64,000 nt of DNA from Candidatus Eiseniibacteriota bacterium (GTDB lineage: Bacteria; Eisenbacteria; RBG-16-71-46; JABDJR01): positions 1,088,001 to 1,152,000 of the forward strand of contig CAVXKA010000002.1 of NCBI GenBank assembly GCA_963762255.1, given 5' to 3'. Below are positions 30,568 through 40,574 of the stretch, piece after piece; within the stretch, counting starts at the first letter, position 1; each line of letters opens with the position of its first letter. Both the position numbers and the translations under genes were made by a program. Under the pieces are notes generated by a model, which saw only the letters and a program-made list of their open reading frames with translations, searched no databases and was not told the origin of the DNA.

Positions 30568-31394
30568 GGGATCATCTCCTTGCGCACGGCGCGCAACGTC
30601 ACCAGCGTTCCGAGCGCGCCGTAGACGGCCAGGACCGCGGCACCCGCCACGCCTCGGATCGGCTCGCGGTCCCCGAAGAGAGCGCGCAAGAGTTCCACGG
30701 CCGCGTTGCCTGGCCCGGCTCCGTACGCGTCTTCCTGCCAGATCCCTTCGACGATGGCGTCGGGCACCACGAACACCGCCAGCGCGAGCAGTAGAGCCCA
30801 ACGAGCGCGCCGCGTCGCCGCGCTCGGCCCCACCGACGCACCCGCGTAACCCATGGCGATGAAGAGCGCGGCCACGCCCACCTTGAGCATCAGCATCACG
30901 GACTGCCCGGTGCCGATCTGATCCCCCATCACCCCTTGCCGTAGCACCGCGATAAGAATGCCGGGCAGGAACATGAGCAGGAACGTGGGGATCGCCACCG
31001 CAAGGAGCTTCCCCCAGGTGTAGTGCCACGGCAGCACCGGACGCACCGCGTAGAGGTAGAGCACGTCCTCGGCGCGGTCGCGCGCCACCAACGGCGTCCC
31101 CAAACCCAGCGCCAGCAACATGACCGGCATCGCCTGGATCATGAGCATCCGCAGGACGGGATCCCAGCCGAGATCGACGCCCACGGCCTTCTTCGCCATC
31201 ACGCGAACGACGAGGATGATGCCCATGACGAGCGGCGGCAGAAGACTCCCCAGGAAAAAGAGCCGCACCATGCGCCCGCGGAACGCGATCCCCACTTCGC
31301 GGCGAGCGATGGCCCGGATCACGTGTGCGTGGCTCGGCGCCTTGCCGGGGCGGTGCGTGCCGCCGTTCGCGACGGCGAGAGTGCTAGGTGACAC
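30564..31394 (-). CDS. ABC-2 type permease
   Basis: About six TM helices, LYAVRPV motif, located between ATPase genes. Confidence 0.75.
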   Translation of the reverse strand: MSPSTLAVANGGTHRPGKAPSHAHVIRAIARREVGIAFRGRMVRLFFLGSLLPPLVMGIILVVRVMAKKAVGVDLGWDPVLRMLMIQAMPVMLLALGLGTPLVARDRAEDVLYLYAVRPVLPWHYTWGKLLAVAIPTFLLMFLPGILIAVLRQGVMGDQIGTGQSVMLMLKVGVAALFIAMGYAGASVGPSAATRRARWALLLALAVFVVPDAIVEGIWQEDAYGAGPGNAAVELLRALFGDREPIRGVAGAAVLAVYGALGTLVTLRAVRKEMIP

Positions 31395-32310
31395 GGGCCC
31401 GCTCCATCGCGGAGAGCACCGCGTCTTCGAGGGTGGCGGTCTGTCGTTCGAGTCGGCGCACCTCGGCGCCCGCCTCCGCGACCGCGCGCCAGAACGGCAT
31501 GAGATCGCCGTCGGGTCCGGTCATGAACACGATGCGCCCGGGCTCGCGTTCGCTCACGCGATACCCCACCGTTTCGAGGCGGGCGGCCAGCTCCGCGCCC
31601 AGACCCTCGCCCTGCGCTTCCAATATCTGCGATTCGGGGCCGAGAAGCTTGCCCACCGGCCCATAGAACGCCACGGAACCGCCTTCGAGCAAGAGCATCT
31701 CGTCGCAGAGCATTTCCGCGTCGTGCAGCACGTGAGTGCTGAAGATGATGCGCCGCCCCTCGTCGCGCAGCTCGCGAATGAGATTCAAGAGCTGCATGCG
31801 TCCGGGTGGATCGAGGCCGACGGTCGGCTCGTCGAGGATCAAGATCTCGGGATCGTGGACGAGGCTCATGGCGAGCTTGCATCGCTGGCGCATGCCGGTC
31901 GAGTAACCGACCGTGGGACGGTAGCGCTCTTCGCCGACATCGAGCGCGTCCAGTGCGCGGTGCGCCCGCCGAAGCGCCTCGCGGCGCGCGAGCCCGCTCA
32001 AGCTTCCCGCGAAGACCACCGCTTCCACGCCCGATCCGCCGGGGAACACGCCTGCCTGCTCGGCCATCACGCCCGCCCGCGCACGCACTTCCATGGCACC
32101 CGCGGGAAGATCGAGGCCGAGCACTCGCACGCGCCCGCTCTTGGCACGCAACACGCCCAAGAGCGCGCCGATCAACGTCGACTTGCCCGCGCCGTTCGCT
32201 CCAACCAGTCCGATAGCCCGCCCGCCCAGCGTCGCTGTGATGCCGGTCAGCACCGGGCGCCCGCCGCGGTCGAGGTGTACGTCCTGGAGCTCGATCCACG
32301 CCGTGCTCAT
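31384..32310 (-). CDS. ABC transporter ATP-binding protein
   Basis: GANGAGKST, YSTGMRQR, ILDEPT and STH. Confidence 0.92.
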   Translation of the reverse strand: MSTAWIELQDVHLDRGGRPVLTGITATLGGRAIGLVGANGAGKSTLIGALLGVLRAKSGRVRVLGLDLPAGAMEVRARAGVMAEQAGVFPGGSGVEAVVFAGSLSGLARREALRRAHRALDALDVGEERYRPTVGYSTGMRQRCKLAMSLVHDPEILILDEPTVGLDPPGRMQLLNLIRELRDEGRRIIFSTHVLHDAEMLCDEMLLLEGGSVAFYGPVGKLLGPESQILEAQGEGLGAELAARLETVGYRVSEREPGRIVFMTGPDGDLMPFWRAVAEAGAEVRRLERQTATLEDAVLSAMERARVT

Positions 32311-32317
32311 GCGCGCC

Positions 32318-33061
32318 TCAACACAGCTCACCCAGCGACTTACGGGTGAAGAGAATCGCCGTCGCCGCCGTGGCGACGACACCGATCGCCACCAGCACGA
32401 GCGAAGACACGAGCATGGACGGCTCGGGGGGCGTCACCGAGACCGGCAAATGGATGTCGATGACGCGGTCGGCGAGAACGCTCAAGTGATAGGAAGGCGA
32501 GAGTCGGCGCAGCGCGAAGGGGATCTGCCCCATCGGCTGGTCGAGCACGAAGTAGAACGCAAGGCCGCCGATCAACCCGCGCCGGTTGGCGACGTGGATG
32601 AGACCGAAGATGCCTGTGTAGGCGAACGCGCCCAGCACCATGGCCAGGATTTCGCGGCCGTAGTTCTCGAGACCCGCCCCGCCGAGGATTCGCGTGGCCA
32701 GCATGAGCGTGCAGGCGCCTGCGGCAAGGAGCCCCGCGGTCATGAGCGTGCGCACGACCGCAAGCACCGGCCGCGGCACGGGACCGAGAAGTTGGTAGAG
32801 CAGCGTGCGCTGGCGGACGCCGTCGCGCAGCGGCATCTCGCCGAAGAGGACCGCCGCCACCGGGATGCCGGGAACGATGAGCGAGAGGCGGATGGACTCC
32901 AGCGCGCCGGCGAACATCCCGGGTGCGATCTCGCCCAGAAACATGGCGAGACCGGCGAGCCCGATATAGATGAAGCCGAAGAGAATCGAGAGCTTGAACC
33001 CGCGCGTTGCGAGCATGGGAGCGAGGTAAGCGCGGTAGGCGATCGTGGCAGGGCGGGTCAT
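32318..33061 (-). CDS. ABC-2 type permease
   Basis: Multiple TM helices, RTLLYQLLGPVPR motif, operon context. Confidence 0.72.
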   Translation of the reverse strand: MTRPATIAYRAYLAPMLATRGFKLSILFGFIYIGLAGLAMFLGEIAPGMFAGALESIRLSLIVPGIPVAAVLFGEMPLRDGVRQRTLLYQLLGPVPRPVLAVVRTLMTAGLLAAGACTLMLATRILGGAGLENYGREILAMVLGAFAYTGIFGLIHVANRRGLIGGLAFYFVLDQPMGQIPFALRRLSPSYHLSVLADRVIDIHLPVSVTPPEPSMLVSSLVLVAIGVVATAATAILFTRKSLGELC

Positions 33062-33801
33062 GGGCGCGTCTCGCCGTCGCCGGCGGGCTCGCCGCCCGGC
33101 GCCACTCCGCCCTGTGGACCCGTCGCGCGTCCGAGCACTTCGTTCAGCCACGCGCCCACGTCCGCGATCTCTTCCTCGCAGACGTGGTGCTCCATCGGGT
33201 ATTCCGCCCATCGCACGTCGTAGCCCATCGCGCGAAGCCGGTCGCGGGAGTGACGACCGCGCGCGAAGGGCACCATGGGATCGAACGTGCCGTGCGCCTG
33301 GAAAATCGGGGTGGCCGCGTTGGCCTCGGCGCGCTCCGCCTCCGTCGCCTGCTCATCCATCAGATACGTGGACAGCGCGAGGATGCCGGCCAGCCGCTTC
33401 GAATAACGAAGTCCTAGATGAAGCGCGATGGCGCCCCCCTGCGAGAACCCGGCGAGCACGATGCGCCCGGCGGGGACACCGCGCTCTTCCTCGTGCGTGA
33501 GGAGAGCGGTAACCGCTTGCGTGCTGCGCAGGATCCCCTCTCGATCCGGTTGGGCGGCCAGGTCAGGGCTCAAGATGTCGTACCACGCGGGCATCACGAA
33601 TCCGCCGTTGATGGTGACTTGAATGGCCGGCGCGTGGGGGAAGACGAATCGAGTGCGCAGCGCCGGGTCGAGGCCCAGGTGTGGCACGATCGGCTCGAAG
33701 TCGTAGCCGTCGGCCCCGAGACCGTGGAGCCAGACCACCGCGGTTCGCGCGGGGCCGTCCAGCGGCTCGATTTCAAGGGCGGGCAGGAGGTCGCTCGTCA
33801 T
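33058..33801 (-). CDS. Phospholipase/carboxylesterase (Abhydrolase_2)
   Basis: WLHGLGADG, MPAWYDI, GFSQGG, HGTFD and MEH. Confidence 0.92.
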   Translation of the reverse strand: MTSDLLPALEIEPLDGPARTAVVWLHGLGADGYDFEPIVPHLGLDPALRTRFVFPHAPAIQVTINGGFVMPAWYDILSPDLAAQPDREGILRSTQAVTALLTHEEERGVPAGRIVLAGFSQGGAIALHLGLRYSKRLAGILALSTYLMDEQATEAERAEANAATPIFQAHGTFDPMVPFARGRHSRDRLRAMGYDVRWAEYPMEHHVCEEEIADVGAWLNEVLGRATGPQGGVAPGGEPAGDGETRP

Positions 33802-34039
33802 CGCAGCTCCGGATAGAGAAGGTGCAGACAATAGCGAAGCCTCCGCGTTCGTGCCAGCCGGTGGTGGTGCGGCCGCCGAACAGCGCCGCGCATGGGGGGC
33901 AGTACGGCGGGGCACCGGCCGGGGTTGCGGCGGTTTCGCGCCCGATGTGCGGCAGTTTCGCCCCCGATTCGCGGCAGTTTCGCCCCCTGTGCGCGGCGGC
34001 TGACGCGCAGCGGGGCTCTACATTGGGTATGCTCATCCC

Positions 34040-34711
34040 ATGTTCCGCGACCCCATCTTCGACTCGCTCCCCGCGCTCGAGGCCCAGATCGAAGCCGCTC
34101 TCGCCGCCCCCTTGCCCGGCGAGGACGCGCAGATCGTCATGGCCCCCTCGCCGCGGCCCACGCACGAGTGGAACCTCGAGAACGCCCGCACCGCCGCGGC
34201 CCTCCTCGTACTCTATCCTCGACTCGACCGGCCCCATGTCCTTCTGACGCTGCGCAGTCACAACCTTCCGTACCATCGCGGGCAGGTATCGTTGCCGGGC
34301 GGCATGGTGGAGCCGGGCGAGTCACCGGTTGCGGCGGCACTGCGAGAGGCCTATGAAGAGGTCGGCCTCGACCCGACGTCGGTGGAAGTGCTCTGCGATC
34401 TCACCCCGGTGTTCATCCCGGTGACCGGGTTCATCCTGCATCCGTTCGTCGCGGTGGCGCGGCGGGCGCTCACCTTCACGCCACACGAGGCGGAAGTGGC
34501 GCGGGTGCTCGAGATTCCGCTCGAGCACCTCGCCGATCCCGCGACGCAGTGCGTGGAGTCGCGTGTCATTGCCGGTGAGTCGCGTCGCGTGCCCTACTTC
34601 CTCGTGGACGAAGAGAAGCTCTGGGGCGCGACGGCAATGATCCTCGCCGAGTTCATGACGCTGCTCGGGTTTCCACCGATCGCGGGAGATGAACCGACCC
34701 CGGCTAGTTGA
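34040..34711 (+). CDS. Nudix CoA pyrophosphatase (NudL-like)
   Basis: LTLRS...HRGQVSLPGG, ALREAYEEVG and LWGATA. Confidence 0.9.
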   Translation: MFRDPIFDSLPALEAQIEAALAAPLPGEDAQIVMAPSPRPTHEWNLENARTAAALLVLYPRLDRPHVLLTLRSHNLPYHRGQVSLPGGMVEPGESPVAAALREAYEEVGLDPTSVEVLCDLTPVFIPVTGFILHPFVAVARRALTFTPHEAEVARVLEIPLEHLADPATQCVESRVIAGESRRVPYFLVDEEKLWGATAMILAEFMTLLGFPPIAGDEPTPAS

Positions 34712-34885
34712 GACCCTGTCTCGACACGCATCAATTGGCAGGTGCGCTCGATTGCTCCCTGCGCTATCCTGCCCAACGGTCACGGCTTTCACGCCGTTGC
34801 CACCGGGTGAGGATGGGAACCATCCGTCGAAGCTCCCGTGAGGCATTCGAAGGTGCTTCGGGGTCGCGCGGGATGACAGGGAGGC

Positions 34886-36205
34886 ATGACGATGGGAAGA
34901 CGGGTTCCTGGGGAATTGCTCGCGGTGCTCGTATTGTTGGGTCTCGGCACCGCCATGATTACGCCTCGGGGAGCGGAGGCAATACGTCTCCAAGGCACGA
35001 GCAGCACAGCCTTCTACTCCCAAGAGGTCAGCAAGAGCGGAGTCGGCGATGATTTCGAGAACCGGACGAGGGCCTTTGAAAGGCTCCGGTTCGACGTTCT
35101 CGAACTCGGAACCCAGAGCCTCTCTTTCCACGGTTCACTGACCGCGCGCAACGATCTGTCTCACCAGAGCCTCGGCGAGACGCGGACGCGGCTGTACCAC
35201 GGGTACCTCGAGTACCGCCCCCATCCGACGGGAACCAGGAAGCTCGCCTTCCAGTCCCGCCTCGGTCGGCAGTGGGTGACAGCAGGCGTCGGCACGGGAA
35301 CCCTGGACGGCCTCCTCGTGCAGTTCGATCGCCCCGAGTGGGGCGGCGTGACCGTCTACGGCGGAACGCTTGGGATCGACTCCCGCGAGCAGTTGCGGTT
35401 CGACTCGCCGGATGACTCCCGGCGAATCGGCGCGGAGCTGCGCATCCGCCCACGAGTGAGCGAGACGGTCTCCCCCGAGATCAAGGCAAGCTTTGCCGAC
35501 ACGCGCCGGAACGACATGGAAGAATCGCGGCGTCTCGGGCTGCGGGGCGCGCTCCGATTCCGCCGCCAGCTCCAGCTCTGGACGGAACTTCGCCACGACT
35601 TCGTTCTGGATCGGACCTACGGCACCGCTGCAGGATTCGAGTACTTCAGGGCGGCCAGGTACCTGCGCGTCTGGGGCGAGTACAACCGAAGGACCGCAGC
35701 CCTCCCGGCAACGTCCTTCTTCGCCTTCTGGGACTCGAAGCCGGTCACCCAGATGCGCGGCGGTGTCGGGTTCGGGATCGCCGGACCCTATCGCGCGAAC
35801 CTCGAGGTCAACCGGACCGAACTCAAGAGCGAGACGGCCGACGAAGGCTCCTCGACCGAGCACGCCAACGTCTACCGTGTCGTGCTGCAGCGGAACGCCA
35901 TCCAACTGGGAGCGCGATTCGAATCCGGCTTCGCCGGCGACCGGGTCGGCCTCGTGGCCTCTGCGACCCACCGCATCGGCGAGCGGTGGGATCTCCTCGC
36001 CGACCTCGGGTGGCAGACCTATGACTGGGGAGAGACCGATCTCACCGAGAACCACGTCGCGTCAGGGATCTTCGCCGCCACCTTCAAGGCGACCCCGACT
36101 ACCCACATCACCGGGCAGCTCGAAACGCTGAACAACTGGGATCTGAAGCAGGATGTCCGCTTCCTGCTTCGAATCGACAAGCGTTTCCGCCTGGGACGTT
36201 CTTGA
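34886..36205 (+). CDS. Predicted outer-membrane beta-barrel (porin of a porin-cytochrome conduit)
   Basis: Signal peptide, amphipathic beta-strand pattern, RLGRQ motif and terminal RF; lies directly upstream of multiheme cytochromes. Confidence 0.7.
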   Translation: MTMGRRVPGELLAVLVLLGLGTAMITPRGAEAIRLQGTSSTAFYSQEVSKSGVGDDFENRTRAFERLRFDVLELGTQSLSFHGSLTARNDLSHQSLGETRTRLYHGYLEYRPHPTGTRKLAFQSRLGRQWVTAGVGTGTLDGLLVQFDRPEWGGVTVYGGTLGIDSREQLRFDSPDDSRRIGAELRIRPRVSETVSPEIKASFADTRRNDMEESRRLGLRGALRFRRQLQLWTELRHDFVLDRTYGTAAGFEYFRAARYLRVWGEYNRRTAALPATSFFAFWDSKPVTQMRGGVGFGIAGPYRANLEVNRTELKSETADEGSSTEHANVYRVVLQRNAIQLGARFESGFAGDRVGLVASATHRIGERWDLLADLGWQTYDWGETDLTENHVASGIFAATFKATPTTHITGQLETLNNWDLKQDVRFLLRIDKRFRLGRS

Positions 36206-36218
36206 GGGGAGATCGACC

Positions 36219-37247
36219 ATGAAAAGCATCACTATCTATAGGACGGGCTGGGTCGCCCTCGCCCTCCTCGCTATGACCGGCCTCTTCGTCGCCGTCGGCG
36301 CAGCCGACGTTCCCTTCTCTCACATGACGCATCGGGAGGCGGGCGCCGAGTGCGCCACCTGTCATCCGAACGCAGCCACGAGCAAGTCGGGCTCAGACCC
36401 GTTGCTTCCCGCGGCCCAGGCCTGTCTGGACTGTCACTCCCAGGAGGACCTGACCGGTTGGGGCGGAGTGCCCGTGGTGGTCGCGAAGAGCGGCTTCCCC
36501 CGTTTCTCCCATGAGGCCCACCTGACTCTGACCAAGGGCGATTGCACGCCGTGCCACGGCGCGCTCACCGATCCGAAGCTCGTCGAAACCGACCAGGGGG
36601 CCCTCGGCCACGCGGCGTGTTTCGACTGCCATGACGGCCGCACCGCCGAGGATCGATGCGAGACCTGTCACGCCGACCTCAGCGTGCTCCGGCCGATCGA
36701 TCACGGCCCGGAATACCAGCACACCCACCAGTTCTCAGCTCGTGGAGCATCGGGGGAGTGCGAGTCGTGCCACCGTCAGAGCGAGCAGTGCAGCCAGTGC
36801 CACCAGGGAGAGAACGTTCTCTTCCTGACGCACGATCGGAACTATCTGTTCACGCACCCTCTTGACGCGCGGAAACACGAGACCGATTGCGCCTCGTGCC
36901 ACGACACGGAGTCCTTCTGCAACGACTGCCACGCCCGTGAGGGGATCGCGCCGGAGAATCACGCCGACGACTGGATCTCCGGACTCAACCGGCACGCGGT
37001 GGAGGCCCGCCGGGACATCGCCTACTGCGCCGGGTGCCACTCGCAGGGCGAGCCGCTCTGCGTCGGCTGTCACCGCGACGCGAATCCGGGCCGCGGCAAC
37101 GATCGCAGCATCCACGGCAGCGGATTCAGCGACTACGACGTCAAGGGCCCGTGGCACGAAGACGATGCCTATTACTGCTTCGACTGCCATACGAAGGCCA
37201 ACGCGGCGGACCGGTTCTGCCAATACTGCCACGGCCAGGAGGACTGA
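36219..37247 (+). CDS. Periplasmic multiheme cytochrome c (13 CxxCH; c3/c7-like FSH..H repeats)
   Basis: Signal peptide; CxxCH motifs counted by hand = 13. Confidence 0.92.
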   Translation: MKSITIYRTGWVALALLAMTGLFVAVGAADVPFSHMTHREAGAECATCHPNAATSKSGSDPLLPAAQACLDCHSQEDLTGWGGVPVVVAKSGFPRFSHEAHLTLTKGDCTPCHGALTDPKLVETDQGALGHAACFDCHDGRTAEDRCETCHADLSVLRPIDHGPEYQHTHQFSARGASGECESCHRQSEQCSQCHQGENVLFLTHDRNYLFTHPLDARKHETDCASCHDTESFCNDCHAREGIAPENHADDWISGLNRHAVEARRDIAYCAGCHSQGEPLCVGCHRDANPGRGNDRSIHGSGFSDYDVKGPWHEDDAYYCFDCHTKANAADRFCQYCHGQED

Positions 37248-37273
37248 GCGCGGTCGGGATGGGATGGGAGGGA

Positions 37274-37306
37274 GTCAATTTGGATAAGCGTTATCGTGTA
37301 TTGACC
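37274..37306 (+). promoter_or_regulatory. AT-rich imperfect dyad ending in a TTGACC box, upstream of the Sec-cytochrome gene
   Basis: GTCAAT-ttg-GATAA-gcg-TTATC-gtgt-ATTGAC. Confidence 0.4.
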
Positions 37307-37362
37307 ACGAACGTACGGCCGCAGAATAGTGGCGAACGGACCCGAGACAAGGACGGGAAACT

Positions 37363-38745
37363 ATGTCGATACTAGGAAACTGCCGCGAACGTCACTCGGC
37401 GACGCCGACGACCCTCGTTCTCTTCCTGCTCGTCGCCGCCGCCCTCGCCATCTTCGCCGGCTGCGCCGTCGACAACGACGGCGGCACCCGACCCATTACC
37501 GGCCTGGCTGCGGACTGCAAGGGATGCCACACCGACAAGGACATGCTCGTAGCAACAGCCGCCCCCGATACGTCGACGGGGTCCGAGTCATCGGGAGAGG
37601 GGTGAGGCGGGGAAGTACCTCCGTTGGAGGTATGGGAAAAGTACCAGGTCTCGAGTGCGTTCTTCGCCGACGCTCACGGCGCCTTCTCCTGCACGAGCTG
37701 CCACGGGGGTCAAACCGGCATCAATACCAAGGAAGCAGCGCATGTCGGAATGGTCATCGATCCTTCGGCGGGTGACTCCCCTGCATGCCGGTCCTGTCAC
37801 CTGGGCATCGTGACCAATCACGCCGCCAGTCTCCATGGAACGCAGAACGGCTACATGACCCAGTTCGCGATCCGGACGGGACAGGCGCAGCCGTCGGCAC
37901 AGGTCGAGGCGATGTTCACCGCGCGCTGCTCCGGCTGCCATACGTCATGCGGCCAGTGCCATATCAGCCGACCCACCTCGGTGGAGGGAGGCCTGGTAAA
38001 CGGGCACGTGATCGCACGCAGGCCTTCCCAGACCGACAACTGCACGGCCTGTCACGGAAGCCGCGTCGGGGATGAGTTCCGAGGCCACAATGAAGGCATC
38101 GCCCCCGACGTCCACTACCTCAGGGGGAAGACCTGCTTCGCCTGCCACACCGGAACGGAGCTGCACGGCGACGGGACCACACCGGCGGGCCGCTACGACG
38201 CTCCCGGCGCCCCGGAGTGCACCGACTGTCACCCCGAGGTGTTGACCGACACCGAAAACACGCAACACGACATCCACACGGGGACCGTCGCCTGCCAGGT
38301 CTGTCATTCCGTGGAGTACAAGAATTGCTATAGCTGCCACGTAAAGCTGGATTCGCAGGGGATCCGATTCCCGTCGCGGATGGATTTCCGCATCGGCCGC
38401 AATCCCAACCCGACCGCGGACCGTCCGTGGAGCTACGTTGTGGTGCGGCACATCCCCATCGCTCCCGACAGCTTCGAGCCCTGGGGAGTGAGCCTGCCCC
38501 AGTATGCGGCCACGCCCACGTGGCGGTACGCGACGCCGCACAACATTCAGAAGCGTACGCCCCAGAACGCCACCTGCGATGCCTGCCACGGGGTCCGGGA
38601 CCTGTACCTGACTCCGGAGTACGCCGACACACTGATCGAGGCAGGTCTCATGTTCCAGGAGGAGATCCAGGCGAACGACGGCATCTTCGTTCGCCAGTTG
38701 CCAGAGAACACGGCCCTGTTTATGGGCCGCCGGGAAGGAGAATAG
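37363..38745 (+). CDS. Multiheme cytochrome c lipoprotein (11 CxxCH) with an in-frame TGA, probably selenocysteine
   Basis: ORFs 37363-37605 and 37624-38745 share a frame and are separated only by TGA 37603-37605 (..SGEG-U-GGEVPPLEVWEK). Lipobox FAGC; SECIS-like hairpin follows the TGA. Confidence 0.8.
37616..37632 (+). promoter_or_regulatory. Putative bacterial SECIS element
   Basis: TACCTCC-GTT-GGAGGTA: perfect 7-bp stem with a GU-containing apical loop 17 nt after the UGA. Confidence 0.65.
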
Positions 38746-38749
38746 TGAG

Positions 38750-39769
38750 ATGAAGAAGGTTGTACAGCTGGCCCTGATGGGGCTGGCACTCGCTGGATTG
38801 CTGACCGCCTGCGGAGGCGACGACTCGGATCCGACCCCGGTCGATCAATTCGAGATCGTGCGCACCTCGCTTGACACGTACCTGTCCTCGGCGGGGATGG
38901 CCCCGACCACGACCGCCCAGGTGCTGTTCGACAACCTGAACGACGGCAACACGGCCAATGACCCGTACGTGCTCAGCGTGCGCACCACGGACGACTATGC
39001 CAAGGGGCATGTCGCCGGTGCCCACAACATCAACTGGCGTCTGATCGGCAACGCCACGAATCTGGCAACGCTGCCCACGGACAAGCAGATCGTGGTCTAT
39101 TGCTACACGGGTCACACCGGCGCCGTAGCCACCACCTGCTTGAACGCCATGGGCTACAACGCGGTCAACATGAAGTTCGGAATGTGCGCCTGGACCCGGG
39201 ACGCCACCGTGCGGGCCACCACCGCTTTCCGGGAGGTCGAGGACTCTCACGACTACCCGACGGAGACCACGGCCAACGCGCTGACCCAGACCTATAACCT
39301 GCCGGAATTGAATGTGACCACCTCGCGGGACGAGGACGAGATCGTCCGGGCTGCGGCGGAGGACTACGCGGCGGACGCGACCGTCTCTCCGACGATCACC
39401 GCCCAGACCGTCTTCGACAACATCAACGACGGCAACACCGCCAACGACTACTTCATCCTGAGCGTCCGCTCGGCCGCCGACTACGCGAAGGGACACATCC
39501 CCGGCGCGTACAACATCCCCTACAAGGAGATCGCGAAGGTCGAGAACCTAAGGAAGCTCCCCACCGATAAGACGATCGTCGTCTATTGCTACACCGGTCA
39601 TACCGGCGGCACTGCGACGACCGCCCTGCGGATGCTCGGCTATCAGGCCGTCAACATGAAGTTCGGGATGACGGCGTGGACGCGGGATGCGACGGTGCGG
39701 GCCACCACCGCCTTCCGGGAAGTCGAGGACTCCCACGACTACCCGTTCACCACCGGGGTTAACCCCTAG
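38750..39769 (+). CDS. Tandem double-rhodanese (sulfurtransferase) lipoprotein
   Basis: Lipobox LTAC; two near-identical domains, each with GH(V/I)xGA and VVYCYTGHTG (active-site Cys). Confidence 0.9.
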   Translation: MKKVVQLALMGLALAGLLTACGGDDSDPTPVDQFEIVRTSLDTYLSSAGMAPTTTAQVLFDNLNDGNTANDPYVLSVRTTDDYAKGHVAGAHNINWRLIGNATNLATLPTDKQIVVYCYTGHTGAVATTCLNAMGYNAVNMKFGMCAWTRDATVRATTAFREVEDSHDYPTETTANALTQTYNLPELNVTTSRDEDEIVRAAAEDYAADATVSPTITAQTVFDNINDGNTANDYFILSVRSAADYAKGHIPGAYNIPYKEIAKVENLRKLPTDKTIVVYCYTGHTGGTATTALRMLGYQAVNMKFGMTAWTRDATVRATTAFREVEDSHDYPFTTGVNP

Positions 39770-39785
39770 TCCGTTCCTGACGGCG

Positions 39786-39853
39786 GCGGCCGGCGTTTCC
39801 CCGAGGGGCCTGATCAGCATCCCCCGCGGAGGCGCCGGCCGCTTCCTTTTCTT
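39786..39853 (+). terminator. Rho-independent terminator
   Basis: GCGGCCGGCG...CGCCGGCCGC stem followed by TTCCTTTTCTT. Confidence 0.65.
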
Positions 39854-39892
39854 GCCGCCACCCCGACCCACCCTCTACCCGCCGACCGGCCC

Positions 39893-40552
39893 CTACCTCC
39901 CCCGCTTCGCCCCTCTGACGAACGCCGCATAGAACACGAGGCACCCCAGCGCGAATCCTGCCACGTAGGGAACGATCGGGAACCCCGAAGCCGCTCCCCC
40001 TCCGGTCATCCGTGTCCCGGCGATAAGGAACGACGCCAGGAGCAGCCCGAACGACGCCAGCGCCCCCGCCCACAGCCACCAACGCATCCGCGGTCGCCCG
40101 CCGCAGTCGCTGAAGTGCATGATCCACGCACCCGCCACCACCAGGCTCAATGCGATCAGCACCGCCGTCCAGACCGGCCCAAGCCACGGCGACGGCAACA
40201 GGAAGAGCACGTCCCACGTGCCCAGGCTCTCCGGCCAGCCGATCGCGGCGCGAAGGCCGAGGTAGTAGACGATGTCCCACACGCCGAATACGACGCAGAA
40301 CGCGCCGAATCGCGCCCACGCGCGCCGTCGCGCCAGCATGGCCACGGTGAAGAGCATGAGGATCGTGGCCGCCTCGCGCGCCGTCTCCACACGCATGACA
40401 TGGTTCTCGGGGAGTACCAGGGGAAATAAGAAACCCCTGGGGAAGTAGAGCGCGCGTAGGTAGACCACGACCGCGGCTTCGACAATGCCGAATCCGATCC
40501 CGAAGAGGATCAGCCAACCGAGGTCGCGTCCGGTTCGGCGGGGGCTCGTCAT
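39893..40552 (-). CDS. Conserved integral membrane protein
   Basis: VEAAVVVYLR, REAATILML, WDIVYY and WDVLFLLP; multiple TM helices. Confidence 0.75.
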   Translation of the reverse strand: MTSPRRTGRDLGWLILFGIGFGIVEAAVVVYLRALYFPRGFLFPLVLPENHVMRVETAREAATILMLFTVAMLARRRAWARFGAFCVVFGVWDIVYYLGLRAAIGWPESLGTWDVLFLLPSPWLGPVWTAVLIALSLVVAGAWIMHFSDCGGRPRMRWWLWAGALASFGLLLASFLIAGTRMTGGGAASGFPIVPYVAGFALGCLVFYAAFVRGAKRGR

Positions 40553-40574
40553 GCTCCCAACTCTATCAGCCCTT

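Noticed and set aside
37624-38745. Independent gene starting at TTG 37624
   Set aside because: It would be a 10-heme protein with no export signal, and its start codon lies within the hairpin. Readthrough from 37363 explains the sequence better.
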